From positions 1-35,931 of the forward strand of contig JBBAUU010000001.1 in assembly GCA_040398065.1 (NCBI GenBank): 35,931 nt of DNA, read 5' to 3'. This document shows positions 8,768 through 17,187 of this stretch, piece by piece. A model generated the notes under the pieces. That model was not told the origin of the DNA and searched no databases. It saw nothing but the letters and a program-made list of their open reading frames with translations. The DNA is from Opitutales bacterium (GTDB lineage Bacteria > Verrucomicrobiota > Verrucomicrobiia > Opitutales > UBA953). Position 1 is the first letter of the stretch, and each line of letters starts with the position of its first letter. The position numbers and the translations under genes are program-made.

Positions 8768-10677
8768 TAAGAACGACCCTCTTTCTTTTCCCAGAAATTA
8801 ATATAGGCCTGATTTAAAACTTCATAGCCGCCGGGAGTAGGATAGTTTCCAGTGAAATACCAATCACCTGAACTATTCGGACAGGCCTGATGGAGTGATT
8901 CAATTTTTTGGAAAACGATGATTAAGTCACCCTTCCAATTTGATTTAGTTGGAAAAACTAATTCCGCCGCTTTAACGGAAATTTCTTGTACGGTAAACGC
9001 ATCGTAAATCCGTTTAACATGATTTTTCATAATGGCGGGCGGATTCTTAGCTTGGGCGATACAGTCCTCGTAGACCTCTCTCAGTAAATTTTGATTACCT
9101 TTTTCTTTGCAGAGGGCGACGGCCGCTTGAAAGGCGAGGAATTTACCCATTTCCGACATATCAATCCCGTAACAATCCGGGTAGCGAATTTGTGGGGCGG
9201 TTGAGGCAATCACGATGCGCTTTGGATTCGGACGAGCGAGAATTCTTAAAATAGACTGCTTTAAGGTGGTCCCGCGAACAATGGAATCATCCACACAGAC
9301 TAAGGTGTCTCCTTCGCGCACGGTGCCATAGGAGATATCATAAACGTGTGAAGCCATCTGCATGCGGTTTTTCTCCTGAGAAATAAACGTCCGGAGTTTC
9401 ACATCTTTATGAGCTACCTTTTCGCCACGTGGCCAGCCCCCCAAAATAAATTTATCCAACATATTTTCATCGAGGGTTCCCGCACGGAGTGCTTCGGTTA
9501 ATTTGCTTCGGACTTGTACGCGACGGCGACGGCGCAGTTCTTCCATGAGTCCATACCAAGCAATTTCCGCCGTATTAGGAATATAAGAAAAGACCGCGTG
9601 ATCGTGGTCTTGACCGATTAACTCTAAAATATCATTCGCCAGCGTTGCCCCCAGGGCTTTTCGCTCTGCATAAATCTCCGGATCATTCCCGCGCGAAAAA
9701 TAAATATGTTCGAAAGAGCAGGATGATTTAATTCCTGGGGTTTGGATGGCTTCGATGGTGTGTCGTCCGTCGGCTTTAATAATGAGGGCTGTACCGGGAG
9801 GAACTTCTTTTACGTCGGATTGTTGAACTCCGATAATACTCATTAGCGCGACGCGTTCGGAGGCGACGGCAAAAACATCTTCAGTTTTAACATACCAAGC
9901 AGGACGAATTCCATTCGGATCGCGTAAGACAAAGGAGTCACCATTGCCAACGATTCCGACGATGGCATATCCGCCATCCCAATTTTTGGAGGCTTTTCTC
10001 AAAACATTTCCGACATCAATGTGTTTAGAAATTTCTTTTTGTACTTCCGCGCCTTCCAGTCCCTGATCGCGAAAAGCTTTAAACAGACGATCGTGTTCTT
10101 CATCTAACCAAAAACCGACTTCTTCTAAAATAGATTGGGTGTCAGTTGAATAAATCACGTGAGCCCCGCGATCGGTGAGAGCCGTATTTAGGGCCTGGGT
10201 ATTAGTTAAATTAAAATTACCCGCGATGAGTAGATTGCGTGTCGGCCAAATCGACTTACGGGCATAGGGGTGACAGGACCCCGTATCAAAATTCCCTGAA
10301 GTACCGTAACGGAGGTGCCCCATTAAAACCTCACCGCCGTAGTCGAAGTGGCGTTTTATCGTTTCGGGAAATTCTGGAATAACCACACCATCGCGAACTA
10401 GGTCTGAATAAATTTTAATCTGCCGAGAGAAAATTTGCGTTAAACCCTGAGAGCCGATTTCGCGATCTCGGAAAAGAAAAGCCTCCCCGTTTTCAGCACC
10501 TATTTTAATCCCACCAATCCCCGCCCCATCTTGTCCACGGTTGTGTTGCTTTTCCATTAATAGGAAAAGCTGGTTAAAGCCATGGAGGGCGCTTCCGTAT
10601 TTTTCTTGGTACCACTTCGTGTCTTTAGTTAAACGAACTAAAGCGATACCACATTCATGCCTTAAAGAGTCACTCAT
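8764..10677 (-). CDS. purF: Amidophosphoribosyltransferase, long (about 630 aa) form
   Basis: Ntn-amidotransferase start with a short propeptide (MSDSLRHE-CGIALV), RGQDGAGI, HLRYGTSG. PRTase motif LVCVDDSIVRGTT. Its 3' end overlaps the namZ stop by 4 nt (convergent). Confidence 0.85.
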   Translation of the reverse strand: MSDSLRHECGIALVRLTKDTKWYQEKYGSALHGFNQLFLLMEKQHNRGQDGAGIGGIKIGAENGEAFLFRDREIGSQGLTQIFSRQIKIYSDLVRDGVVIPEFPETIKRHFDYGGEVLMGHLRYGTSGNFDTGSCHPYARKSIWPTRNLLIAGNFNLTNTQALNTALTDRGAHVIYSTDTQSILEEVGFWLDEEHDRLFKAFRDQGLEGAEVQKEISKHIDVGNVLRKASKNWDGGYAIVGIVGNGDSFVLRDPNGIRPAWYVKTEDVFAVASERVALMSIIGVQQSDVKEVPPGTALIIKADGRHTIEAIQTPGIKSSCSFEHIYFSRGNDPEIYAERKALGATLANDILELIGQDHDHAVFSYIPNTAEIAWYGLMEELRRRRRVQVRSKLTEALRAGTLDENMLDKFILGGWPRGEKVAHKDVKLRTFISQEKNRMQMASHVYDISYGTVREGDTLVCVDDSIVRGTTLKQSILRILARPNPKRIVIASTAPQIRYPDCYGIDMSEMGKFLAFQAAVALCKEKGNQNLLREVYEDCIAQAKNPPAIMKNHVKRIYDAFTVQEISVKAAELVFPTKSNWKGDLIIVFQKIESLHQACPNSSGDWYFTGNYPTPGGYEVLNQAYINFWEKKEGRSY

Positions 10678-10731
10678 TGCAGGCTGGAGAGTTTGTCGTT
10701 AAAGCGCCCAACCTGTCCAGCGCTTACTCTT

Positions 10732-11784
10732 TTATAAACGCAAAATTCGATCTAAGCGTGCTAAACTTTCTCCAATCAACCCAGCCATCGTTTTATGCAT
10801 TCGAAAAGCTGGGTCACGATGATACTCCGCCAGCCCCTCTGCTAATTCAATCGCCTTTTCGGGCGAAGTTAAAGTGTTCGCATCCATCGCCGCTAATAAG
10901 TCCCGCATTCTCTCGGGAGCTGCTAATAAACGACGGTGAATCAAAGATTGTTCTTCTCTTCTATACTGGGCGGCGGACGCAGCATTGATATGTTTAGCGC
11001 AAAGTTGGGTAAAGGGTCGGTTTTCTTTAAACGACCCAGGTAAATAAAATCGCAAGCGGCCATCATACGATTGTTGGTCAAAGTCCATAGCCCTCACCCG
11101 AATGGCGGTGGCGTCAAAATCCGGCGTCACGGCGATGACAAAATTATAGGCCCGCATATCACCCAACAATCTCACCAAACAACGCTCCTCAAATTTTATT
11201 AATTCCTTGGCGAGGCGTACGGGGTGATGGCTATTGGCGTCGATCCATTTTTCGGCAAAAATATCTCCGGGAATGCCCGTAACATGTTCCTCTACTAAAG
11301 TATCGCCCCAGGTTAGGTAGTGCATTCGATTAGGAGAAAGCAGGTGTTCTAATTCTAAACCACAAACTCGTGAAGCATCACCTTTCTTCACATAAAAATA
11401 ATCATGATTTTCATTGTACGCATTCACAATGCGTACGCGAAAAGGTTGAGAATTACCAAATGAACAAAAATCAATACGGTCGACGTAGACGTGACTAAAA
11501 ACTTTTAAACCACCTTCCCCGCGGAGGAGTGCATAGGTTTCTAAAAGGCCCTGGGAAAGTTTAACCATCTCTTCTTGGTGATAAGCGACCGTTTCCCAAA
11601 GCGTATCTTTACCGCGTTCTAATAATGGAACCGATGTAGAAAAATCACGAAGCTGAGAATACGCAACAGGCAGAGCTACCTCGCGACCTTCTTTAGCTAG
11701 GTAATCTCGTAGAATATTTCCAATCGGGTAGGCGGGCTTTCGATTCGTCCGTTTAAATTCTGCCGCTGAGCCCGCGTCATCCAT
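10732..11784 (-). CDS. Uncharacterised protein; ordered motifs suggest a RIO/Kdo-kinase-like (protein-kinase-like) fold
   Basis: 350-aa ORF. Motifs in the order expected for a kinase fold: DYFYVKKGD (beta3 Lys), LVEEHVTGIP (hinge), LLGDMRAYNFVI (D-x4-N catalytic loop), AMDFDQ (DFG-like). The fold call is inference only. The ATG overlaps the NUDIX stop (TAATG). Confidence 0.6.
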   Translation of the reverse strand: MDDAGSAAEFKRTNRKPAYPIGNILRDYLAKEGREVALPVAYSQLRDFSTSVPLLERGKDTLWETVAYHQEEMVKLSQGLLETYALLRGEGGLKVFSHVYVDRIDFCSFGNSQPFRVRIVNAYNENHDYFYVKKGDASRVCGLELEHLLSPNRMHYLTWGDTLVEEHVTGIPGDIFAEKWIDANSHHPVRLAKELIKFEERCLVRLLGDMRAYNFVIAVTPDFDATAIRVRAMDFDQQSYDGRLRFYLPGSFKENRPFTQLCAKHINAASAAQYRREEQSLIHRRLLAAPERMRDLLAAMDANTLTSPEKAIELAEGLAEYHRDPAFRMHKTMAGLIGESLARLDRILRL

Positions 11785-12305
11785 TAATCTAAATTAGGTT
11801 TATCCTGTGTTTCCTCAATGACCATTTCCAGGGGTTTATCTGGGTGACACTCAGCGCGGTAGGAAATAAAGCCGCGATGGTGTTGATCGTAAATCGGCCA
11901 CAGCAGAGTTTTGTCAGATTCAGGAACGGCGATGCGATTTATTTCTTCGCGTGAAAAACAACCAAAATGCCCCTCGTCGATCGTGGGCGGGAGGTCGGTA
12001 AGCGGTAGACGACAGGTGAAGAGAAACATGAGCCAGTGATTTTGGCCCTCGTAGCCTTTTTCTGAAATCATTCCAAAGAGGTGAAGATCGTCGGTCGCAA
12101 TTTTTTTACCTACTTCTTCTTCCACCTCGCGCACTGCACATTCAAAGGGAGATTCGCCGGTACTAGTTTCTAATTTTCCACCGACGGGGCTCCAACATCC
12201 GATGTTCGGTGCTTTTCTCCGTTGAATAAGTAAAAATTTACCCGCCGTGTCGTAAAGAAACACCAATACACTAATCTTATAGGGTAGCGGTGCGGGGGGT
12301 GACAT
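11784..12305 (-). CDS. NUDIX hydrolase
   Basis: Canonical Nudix box GGKLETSTGESPFECAVREVEEEVG (G-x5-E-x7-REUxEExGU). Confidence 0.85.
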   Translation of the reverse strand: MSPPAPLPYKISVLVFLYDTAGKFLLIQRRKAPNIGCWSPVGGKLETSTGESPFECAVREVEEEVGKKIATDDLHLFGMISEKGYEGQNHWLMFLFTCRLPLTDLPPTIDEGHFGCFSREEINRIAVPESDKTLLWPIYDQHHRGFISYRAECHPDKPLEMVIEETQDKPNLD

Positions 12306-12397
12306 AATAATACGCTGATGAGAAACAAAAAATTAACAACCAAAAGAACGCAAATTGATTGGGTTGCATCATAAAATTTTAAATTTAAATAGAGACT

Positions 12398-13213
12398 ATG
12401 CCTGAGCTCGCCGAAGTTGAATATTTTCGAAAACAATGGAATCCGGGCATAGGCCATACCGTTAAAGAAATCATTATAAATAAAAAGGCTCGAGTGTTTA
12501 GGGGGCAAAAAACGGACGTGATGAAAAAACTTATCACGCAGACCCACCTGAATAGTTCCGCTGCGACCGCTAAACAAATGGTCTTTCTTTTTGATAAGAA
12601 CCTTTGGATGGGTATCCACTTAGGGATGACGGGTCGCATGGAGTGTCGCCCTAAAAATCAACCCACGATTAAACATGACCAGCTAGTTTTAAAAATGTCA
12701 TCCGGTCACCAACTGATTTTTAATGATCCGCGGCAATTTGGTCGGGTGCAGTTTTTCCAAGGTGAAGGAGTGCCCCCGTGGTGGGCAAAAATTCCGCCCG
12801 CCATTCTTTCAAAAGAATTTACAGAAAAAGAAGTGGCTGATTTTTTAAAACGAAGAAAAGGAAGTCCAATCAAAGCGGTTTTATTAATGCAAGAGAGGTT
12901 CCCAGGAATTGGCAATTGGATGGCCGATGAGATTTTATGGCGTGCGGGTTTTCATCCTGCTGCGCGCGCGGGTAATTTTGGACCAAAGTCTATTCATTTA
13001 TTATTCATAACACTTCGCGAAGTTTGTCGCGATGCCTTTAGGGTTATTGGCAAAGACTGGTCCGATCCTCCTAATAGTTGGTTATTCAATCATCGATGGG
13101 AAAAGGGCGGTCGGTGTCCTAAAACAAAAGTTTTATTAGAACGAAAGACGATCGGTGGGCGCACAGGTTGTTGGTCACCCGCCCGACAAAAATTAGGAGC
13201 GGAACGCCGTTGA
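12398..13213 (+). CDS. mutM: Fpg/Nei-family DNA glycosylase/AP lyase with degenerate zinc finger
   Basis: N-terminal MPELAEVE (catalytic Pro2/Glu3), HLGMTGRM, H2TH motif PIKAVLLMQERFPGIGNWMADEILWRAGFHP. The C-terminus RCPKTKVLLERKTIGGRTGCWSPARQ has only 2 Cys where the family has CxxC...CxxC. Confidence 0.82.
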   Translation: MPELAEVEYFRKQWNPGIGHTVKEIIINKKARVFRGQKTDVMKKLITQTHLNSSAATAKQMVFLFDKNLWMGIHLGMTGRMECRPKNQPTIKHDQLVLKMSSGHQLIFNDPRQFGRVQFFQGEGVPPWWAKIPPAILSKEFTEKEVADFLKRRKGSPIKAVLLMQERFPGIGNWMADEILWRAGFHPAARAGNFGPKSIHLLFITLREVCRDAFRVIGKDWSDPPNSWLFNHRWEKGGRCPKTKVLLERKTIGGRTGCWSPARQKLGAERR

Positions 13214-13243
13214 CCTTCTTCACCGATATCCAAATTTAAACCT

Positions 13244-13804
13244 ATGCGCATAACGGGTGGCATCGCACGCGGCATTCAATTGCGCGTTCCTTCTAAGGGC
13301 GGCGTTCGTCCGGCCACAGATTACATTCGCGAGGCTGTGTTTAGTTCAATGGCTGCTTTTATCCCTGGTGCCACCGTGCTAGATTTATTTGCTGGAACCG
13401 GGGCTTACGCTCTCGAGTCCTTAAGCCGTGGGGCCAAGTCGGCTACCTGTATTGATTTAAACGCAGGGAGTGATTTAAGTGCCAACGCCCAAGCGGTAGC
13501 CAAGTCGATGCAGCTTCCATCTCTTCCGCTGAATATTATTACTGGAGATGCCACGAAGCCTATAAAATCCGAAGAAAAATATGATATAGTTTTTGCCGAT
13601 CCGCCCTGGGAATTATGGGAAACCCGAGGCGAGGAAATTGCACAAAATGCTGTCGACTGCGCCCGGACATCCATCGATGCCCGGGTTATTTTAGAAGCTC
13701 CGGGTGGCTTTAGTGTTCCGATCCCTGACGGATGGAAATTAAAGAAAATAATTGGTAAGGGAAAAGGTCAGCCCGCTGCATCCATTTTAGTGCGCGTAGA
13801 ATAA
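13244..13804 (+). CDS. rsmD: 16S rRNA (guanine966-N2)-methyltransferase
   Basis: MRITGG start, RPATDYIREAVFS, VLDLFAGTGAYALESLSRGA, FADPPW. Confidence 0.85.
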   Translation: MRITGGIARGIQLRVPSKGGVRPATDYIREAVFSSMAAFIPGATVLDLFAGTGAYALESLSRGAKSATCIDLNAGSDLSANAQAVAKSMQLPSLPLNIITGDATKPIKSEEKYDIVFADPPWELWETRGEEIAQNAVDCARTSIDARVILEAPGGFSVPIPDGWKLKKIIGKGKGQPAASILVRVE

Positions 13805-14542
13805 TTACGAAATTAAATTTCGGTGGGCCTGCCATGCATTTAATTCCGCCAGCATTAAAACGGATCCAGCAGTGCACGCAGTTTCGACTCTTAAGATACG
13901 ATCCCCTAAATGATAAAAACTAAAGCCGTTAGATTTTAAAATTGAGCGCTCGTCATCAGACCAACCGCGCTCTGGGCCAATGGCTAACGTACCAAAAGAA
14001 AAACTTCCTGTTTTAGTTTTTAAAGATTCCTTTGCGGTATAGGGATCAAGCAAAACTCGCCACGACTGTGGGTGTAATAATTTTATGCCTTCTTCAATGG
14101 AGGGGACATGGATAACTTCGGGGACCTGGCAGGAGCAGGCTTGCTCGGTTCCACGTAAAAGAAAATCTTCCCATTCGTTATTTTTCCAAAGTGAACTTGA
14201 GAGATATCCTGGGTCACCTTTTTCCGAAACGAAAAAGATAATTTTATGAACACCCAAACTAGCTGCGTCATATAATATTTTTTTGGCGGTTTGCGGTCGA
14301 GGGAGACCCACAAGTAACTCTAAAGGAAGGCGTGCCTGTTTTTCTTTTTCCCATTCGACCGTGAAGATGAGATGCTTACTTATTTTTTGAATCGTCGCTA
14401 AGCCACGAAACGCGTTTTTTATTCCCACGACAAAAGTTTTACCCGGCTGCAGGCCGACTGTTTGGGTTAAATGAACCGCGCGTGGGTCGTCCATGGGGAT
14501 ACCGTGGGTCGACTCCTCTTTATTAATCAGAACGAGATTCAC
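13805..14542 (-). CDS. rsmE: 16S rRNA (uracil1498-N3)-methyltransferase
   Basis: PUA-like N-terminus (HLTQTVGLQPGKTFVV), SPOUT C-terminus (LAIGPERGWSDDE, LGDRILRVETA). Its stop abuts the rsmD stop with 0 nt between them (convergent). Confidence 0.85.
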   Translation of the reverse strand: MNLVLINKEESTHGIPMDDPRAVHLTQTVGLQPGKTFVVGIKNAFRGLATIQKISKHLIFTVEWEKEKQARLPLELLVGLPRPQTAKKILYDAASLGVHKIIFFVSEKGDPGYLSSSLWKNNEWEDFLLRGTEQACSCQVPEVIHVPSIEEGIKLLHPQSWRVLLDPYTAKESLKTKTGSFSFGTLAIGPERGWSDDERSILKSNGFSFYHLGDRILRVETACTAGSVLMLAELNAWQAHRNLIS

Positions 14543-14627
14543 AGAGGGTAGGGTGATAAATCTTAATTAGGTGGCGAGTGGGAAGGCTAACGCTTGCCCA
14601 ATTCACCGACTTCACTATTTTAAATTC

Positions 14628-15263
14628 ATGGACCTTTCGGAATTAAGAAAAGAATACGCTACCCACGGGCTCAGCCGTGATGAGCTGTTGGACTCACCCT
14701 TGGCCCAGTTTAAGGTTTGGTTCGATCAAGCTAAGGCCTCCGGAATCACCGAACCCAACGCCATGGTGCTATCTACGGTCAAAGAAGGAGGGTCGCCACT
14801 TTCGCGAACTGTATTATTAAAGTCGGCAGATGAGCGCGGCTTAGCCTTCTACACTAACTATAACAGTACCAAAGGGCGGAATTTAGCCCAAGACCCTCGG
14901 GCATCACTTTTATTTCCCTGGTTTGCCTTAGAGCGTCAAATTCACATAAATGGTTCAGTAATAAGGACTTCTGAAACAGAATCGGACGCTTATTTTGCGC
15001 GCCGGCCTTATGGTAGCCAGTTGGGCGCCTGGGTTTCTGAGCAAAGTGAGACTATCCCAGATCGGATGCAATTAGAGCACTTATTAGAAGAATTTAAGAA
15101 GAAATACCCCGAGGGGCAGGTTCCCAGGCCCCCACATTGGGGTGGATTTATTCTAATTCCCGAGAGTTTTGAGTTTTGGCAGGGTCGATTAAACAGGCTT
15201 CATGACCGCTTTATTTATACCAAATCACAGGGTAATTGGGCTTTATCACGGCTTTCTCCTTAG
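14628..15263 (+). CDS. pdxH: Pyridoxamine 5'-phosphate oxidase
   Basis: LRKEY, EPNAMVLSTV, RTVLLK, FYTNYNSTKG, FPW, RQI, YFARRPYGSQLGAW, FWQGRLNRLHDR. I prefer the ATG at 14628 (211 aa, normal length) over the GTG at 14571 listed in the ORF track. Confidence 0.9.
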   Translation: MDLSELRKEYATHGLSRDELLDSPLAQFKVWFDQAKASGITEPNAMVLSTVKEGGSPLSRTVLLKSADERGLAFYTNYNSTKGRNLAQDPRASLLFPWFALERQIHINGSVIRTSETESDAYFARRPYGSQLGAWVSEQSETIPDRMQLEHLLEEFKKKYPEGQVPRPPHWGGFILIPESFEFWQGRLNRLHDRFIYTKSQGNWALSRLSP

Positions 15264-15266
15264 GTC

Positions 15267-15318
15267 TGCTTACAATAAGATAAATTAATAAGGGAAGGGG
15301 TGGGTGCTTACGATAAGA
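15267..15318 (+). repeat. 14-nt direct repeat (13/14 identical) upstream of the atp operon
   Basis: tgcttacaataaga at 15267-15280 and tgcttacgataaga at 15305-15318, in the pdxH-atpB intergenic region. Confidence 0.8.
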
Positions 15319-15343
15319 AATCTTTTTCGCCAAGTGTTGACCT

Positions 15344-16231
15344 ATGCCCCTGCAAACATTCAAACCTACCTTCCGCCTAATGCGCCTCTTTTATCTAATA
15401 GCTGCCTTATTATCACCGGCCTTCGTTTTTGCGAAAGACGGCGGGGTTAGTCAGCAAGCCGAGACAGTATTTTCGATTGGAGAGTTTGGAGTCACTAACT
15501 CAATTCTCACCACCTGGATATTGGCAGTGATCATTATCGTAGCCGTGCGCGTTTTAGTTGGAACACCAAAAATTATTCCTTCCAAGGGCCAGGCTTTAGT
15601 AGAAAATATGGCATCCGGCCTGCGCGACACCTTAGAGCCGATTGTCGGTAAAAACATGATCGGAAAAGTTTTTCCAACCCTCTGTGGTTTTTTCGTATTT
15701 ATTCTCTTAATGAATTGGAGCGGACTCCTCCCCGGCGTCGGCACGATTAAATATCAACAAGGCACTCACTGGGTTGATGCAATTCGTCCAGCTACTTCAG
15801 ATTTAAATACCACGCTCGCCCTTAGTGTGATTTCGTTCCTCGCGTGGACTTATTTCGTCTTAAGATATGCCGGATTAAAAGTTCTAATTTTTGATTTATT
15901 CGGCAACAAAGCTGATAAAAAAGAAATCGGTTTCCCAATGTGGATTTTACTCAGTTTTATTTTCCTTGGAGTTGGAGGTATTGAAGTCGTATCCATTGCC
16001 TTCCGTTTAATTTCTCTTTCGTTCCGTTTGTACGGAAATGTATTCGGTGGAGAAAATTTAATTCACTCACTCGGTGGTCTTGCCCCTTACGTAGTACCAG
16101 CACTAGCTGCATTGTTAGAAGTTTTAGTTGGTCTCATTCAGGCCTTTGTTTTCACCCTTTTATCGGCCGTTTATATCGGTCTTATCTGTAATCACGACGG
16201 CGGACATGCCGACGAACACCCCGCCCACTAA
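15344..16231 (+). CDS. atpB: F0F1 ATP synthase subunit a
   Basis: Polytopic membrane protein with the conserved Arg region LSFRLYGNVFGGE. First gene of the atp cluster. Has a signal-like N-terminal extension; an alternative ATG lies at 15380. Confidence 0.9.
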   Translation: MPLQTFKPTFRLMRLFYLIAALLSPAFVFAKDGGVSQQAETVFSIGEFGVTNSILTTWILAVIIIVAVRVLVGTPKIIPSKGQALVENMASGLRDTLEPIVGKNMIGKVFPTLCGFFVFILLMNWSGLLPGVGTIKYQQGTHWVDAIRPATSDLNTTLALSVISFLAWTYFVLRYAGLKVLIFDLFGNKADKKEIGFPMWILLSFIFLGVGGIEVVSIAFRLISLSFRLYGNVFGGENLIHSLGGLAPYVVPALAALLEVLVGLIQAFVFTLLSAVYIGLICNHDGGHADEHPAH

Positions 16232-16310
16232 CTTTACTTTCAAGGCGTATGACTTGCTGGGACTTCCCCAAGCGGTGCGTTAAGAAAAAAACCAAAAAAC
16301 AAAACATAAT

Positions 16311-16514
16311 ATGATCATCGCTGAAATCACTGGTTCACTCCCTGCCGCTGTTGGCTGCTTCGCTGCCGCTATCGGTGTAGGCCTCGTTGGCGCTAAAGCC
16401 GTCGAGTCCGTAGGTCGTAATCCTGAAGCTTCCGGTAAGATCCTCGTCCAGTCTATTCTGGGTATGGCTCTCGCTGAAGCTGTTGCGTTCTACGCAATCT
16501 TCCTCGCGAAGTAA
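16311..16514 (+). CDS. atpE: F0F1 ATP synthase subunit c
   Basis: 67-aa two-helix hairpin with the polar loop GRNPEA and the carboxylate in LAEAVAFYA. Confidence 0.9.
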   Translation: MIIAEITGSLPAAVGCFAAAIGVGLVGAKAVESVGRNPEASGKILVQSILGMALAEAVAFYAIFLAK

Positions 16515-16527
16515 TTGGATTGGCGGT

Positions 16528-16547
16528 GTGGCCCCGCAAGGGGCCAC
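16528..16547 (+). terminator. GC-rich stem-loop immediately after atpE (intra-operon attenuator or mRNA-stability hairpin)
   Basis: GTGGCCCC-GCAA-GGGGCCAC: a perfect 8-bp stem with a GNRA-type tetraloop, 13 nt after the atpE stop. No T-tract follows. Confidence 0.45.
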
Positions 16548-16586
16548 GCTGTTCACCACCAGCGCCTCATTTAAAAAATTTAAGTC

Positions 16587-17180
16587 ATGAAACTCTTCTC
16601 ACTTCTACTCAACACCGCCGCCCCCGCCGCACCGGTCGCTCATGGCGCCACGGAATCCTCCAATCCCTTAGATGGTATCATTAAACTCTTTGGTGATTTC
16701 GGCGTCGATGCCCCTCACTTAATCGCGCAGTTAGTTAATTTTTCTATTCTCGCTTTCGTTCTCTACAAATTTGCGATCAAGCCAGCCCTCGGACAGTTAG
16801 AAGAACGCATCCGCCAAGCCGAACAATTACAAGCCGACCGCGCACAAGCAGAGCAAAAATTGGCTGATGCCAAAAAGACTGCCCATGCAGAATTACAAAA
16901 AGCTTCTGACGAAGCGGCTAAAATTTTAAACGACGCTCGTAATAGCGCTAAACAAACCATCGAGGCAGCCAAAGGTGAAGCGGTTGCTGCGGTTGCCGAA
17001 ATCACCCGTAAAGGAAAAGAATCACTCGAAGCCGATCGTCGCCAAATGCTCAACGAAGTGCGTGACGAAGTTTCCCGTTTAGTCGTCGAAACCGCCGCAA
17101 AAGTTTTAGAACAGAATTTAGATGATGCTCAACGCACTCGTCTTAACGAAGCTGCCGTTAAACAACTCTCTTCCAAATAA
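16587..17180 (+). CDS. atpF: F0F1 ATP synthase subunit b
   Basis: One TM helix (LVNFSILAFVLYKFAI) followed by a long A/E/K/Q-rich helix. Position in the operon supports the call. Confidence 0.85.
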   Translation: MKLFSLLLNTAAPAAPVAHGATESSNPLDGIIKLFGDFGVDAPHLIAQLVNFSILAFVLYKFAIKPALGQLEERIRQAEQLQADRAQAEQKLADAKKTAHAELQKASDEAAKILNDARNSAKQTIEAAKGEAVAAVAEITRKGKESLEADRRQMLNEVRDEVSRLVVETAAKVLEQNLDDAQRTRLNEAAVKQLSSK

Positions 17181-17187
17181 TTTAAAA

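Noticed and set aside
10683-10725. Two mutually exclusive 6-bp pairings (GCTGGA/TCCAGC and AAGCGC/GCGCTT) in the 54-nt purF leader, considered as a possible attenuator or riboswitch
   Set aside because: The stems are only 6 bp, which is chance-level. The leader is far too short for known purine/ZTP/PRPP riboswitch architectures, and no U-tract is present.
10677-10988. 103-aa plus-strand ORF antisense to the kinase-like gene
   Set aside because: It is a shadow ORF. It begins inside the purF leader and has no coding-like features.
12170-12619. 149-aa minus-strand ORF crossing the NUDIX start, the divergent promoter region and the mutM start
   Set aside because: It overlaps two motif-supported genes and an AT-rich intergenic spacer. 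The protein sequence has no recognisable features.
14571-14627. N-terminal extensions offered by the ORF track: pdxH GTG 14571, atpH 17122, cupin TTG 22896, DegT GTG 33208, small ORF 28228
   Set aside because: The extensions add non-conserved residues or overlap the upstream gene. Internal ATG codons give family-typical N-termini. The choice of starts remains uncertain without experimental data.
15335-15340. A TTGACC hexamer directly before the atpB ATG, considered as a promoter -35 element implying a downstream start at Met13
   Set aside because: No TAnnnT -10 element lies at 16-18 nt. The sequence there is cattca/attcaa, so this is likely a chance occurrence.
16311-16514. Possible Na+-specific c subunit
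   Set aside because: The carboxylate is followed by Ala (LAEAVAFY), not Ser/Thr, and no Gln is evident in helix 1. The sequence therefore looks like an ordinary H+-type.
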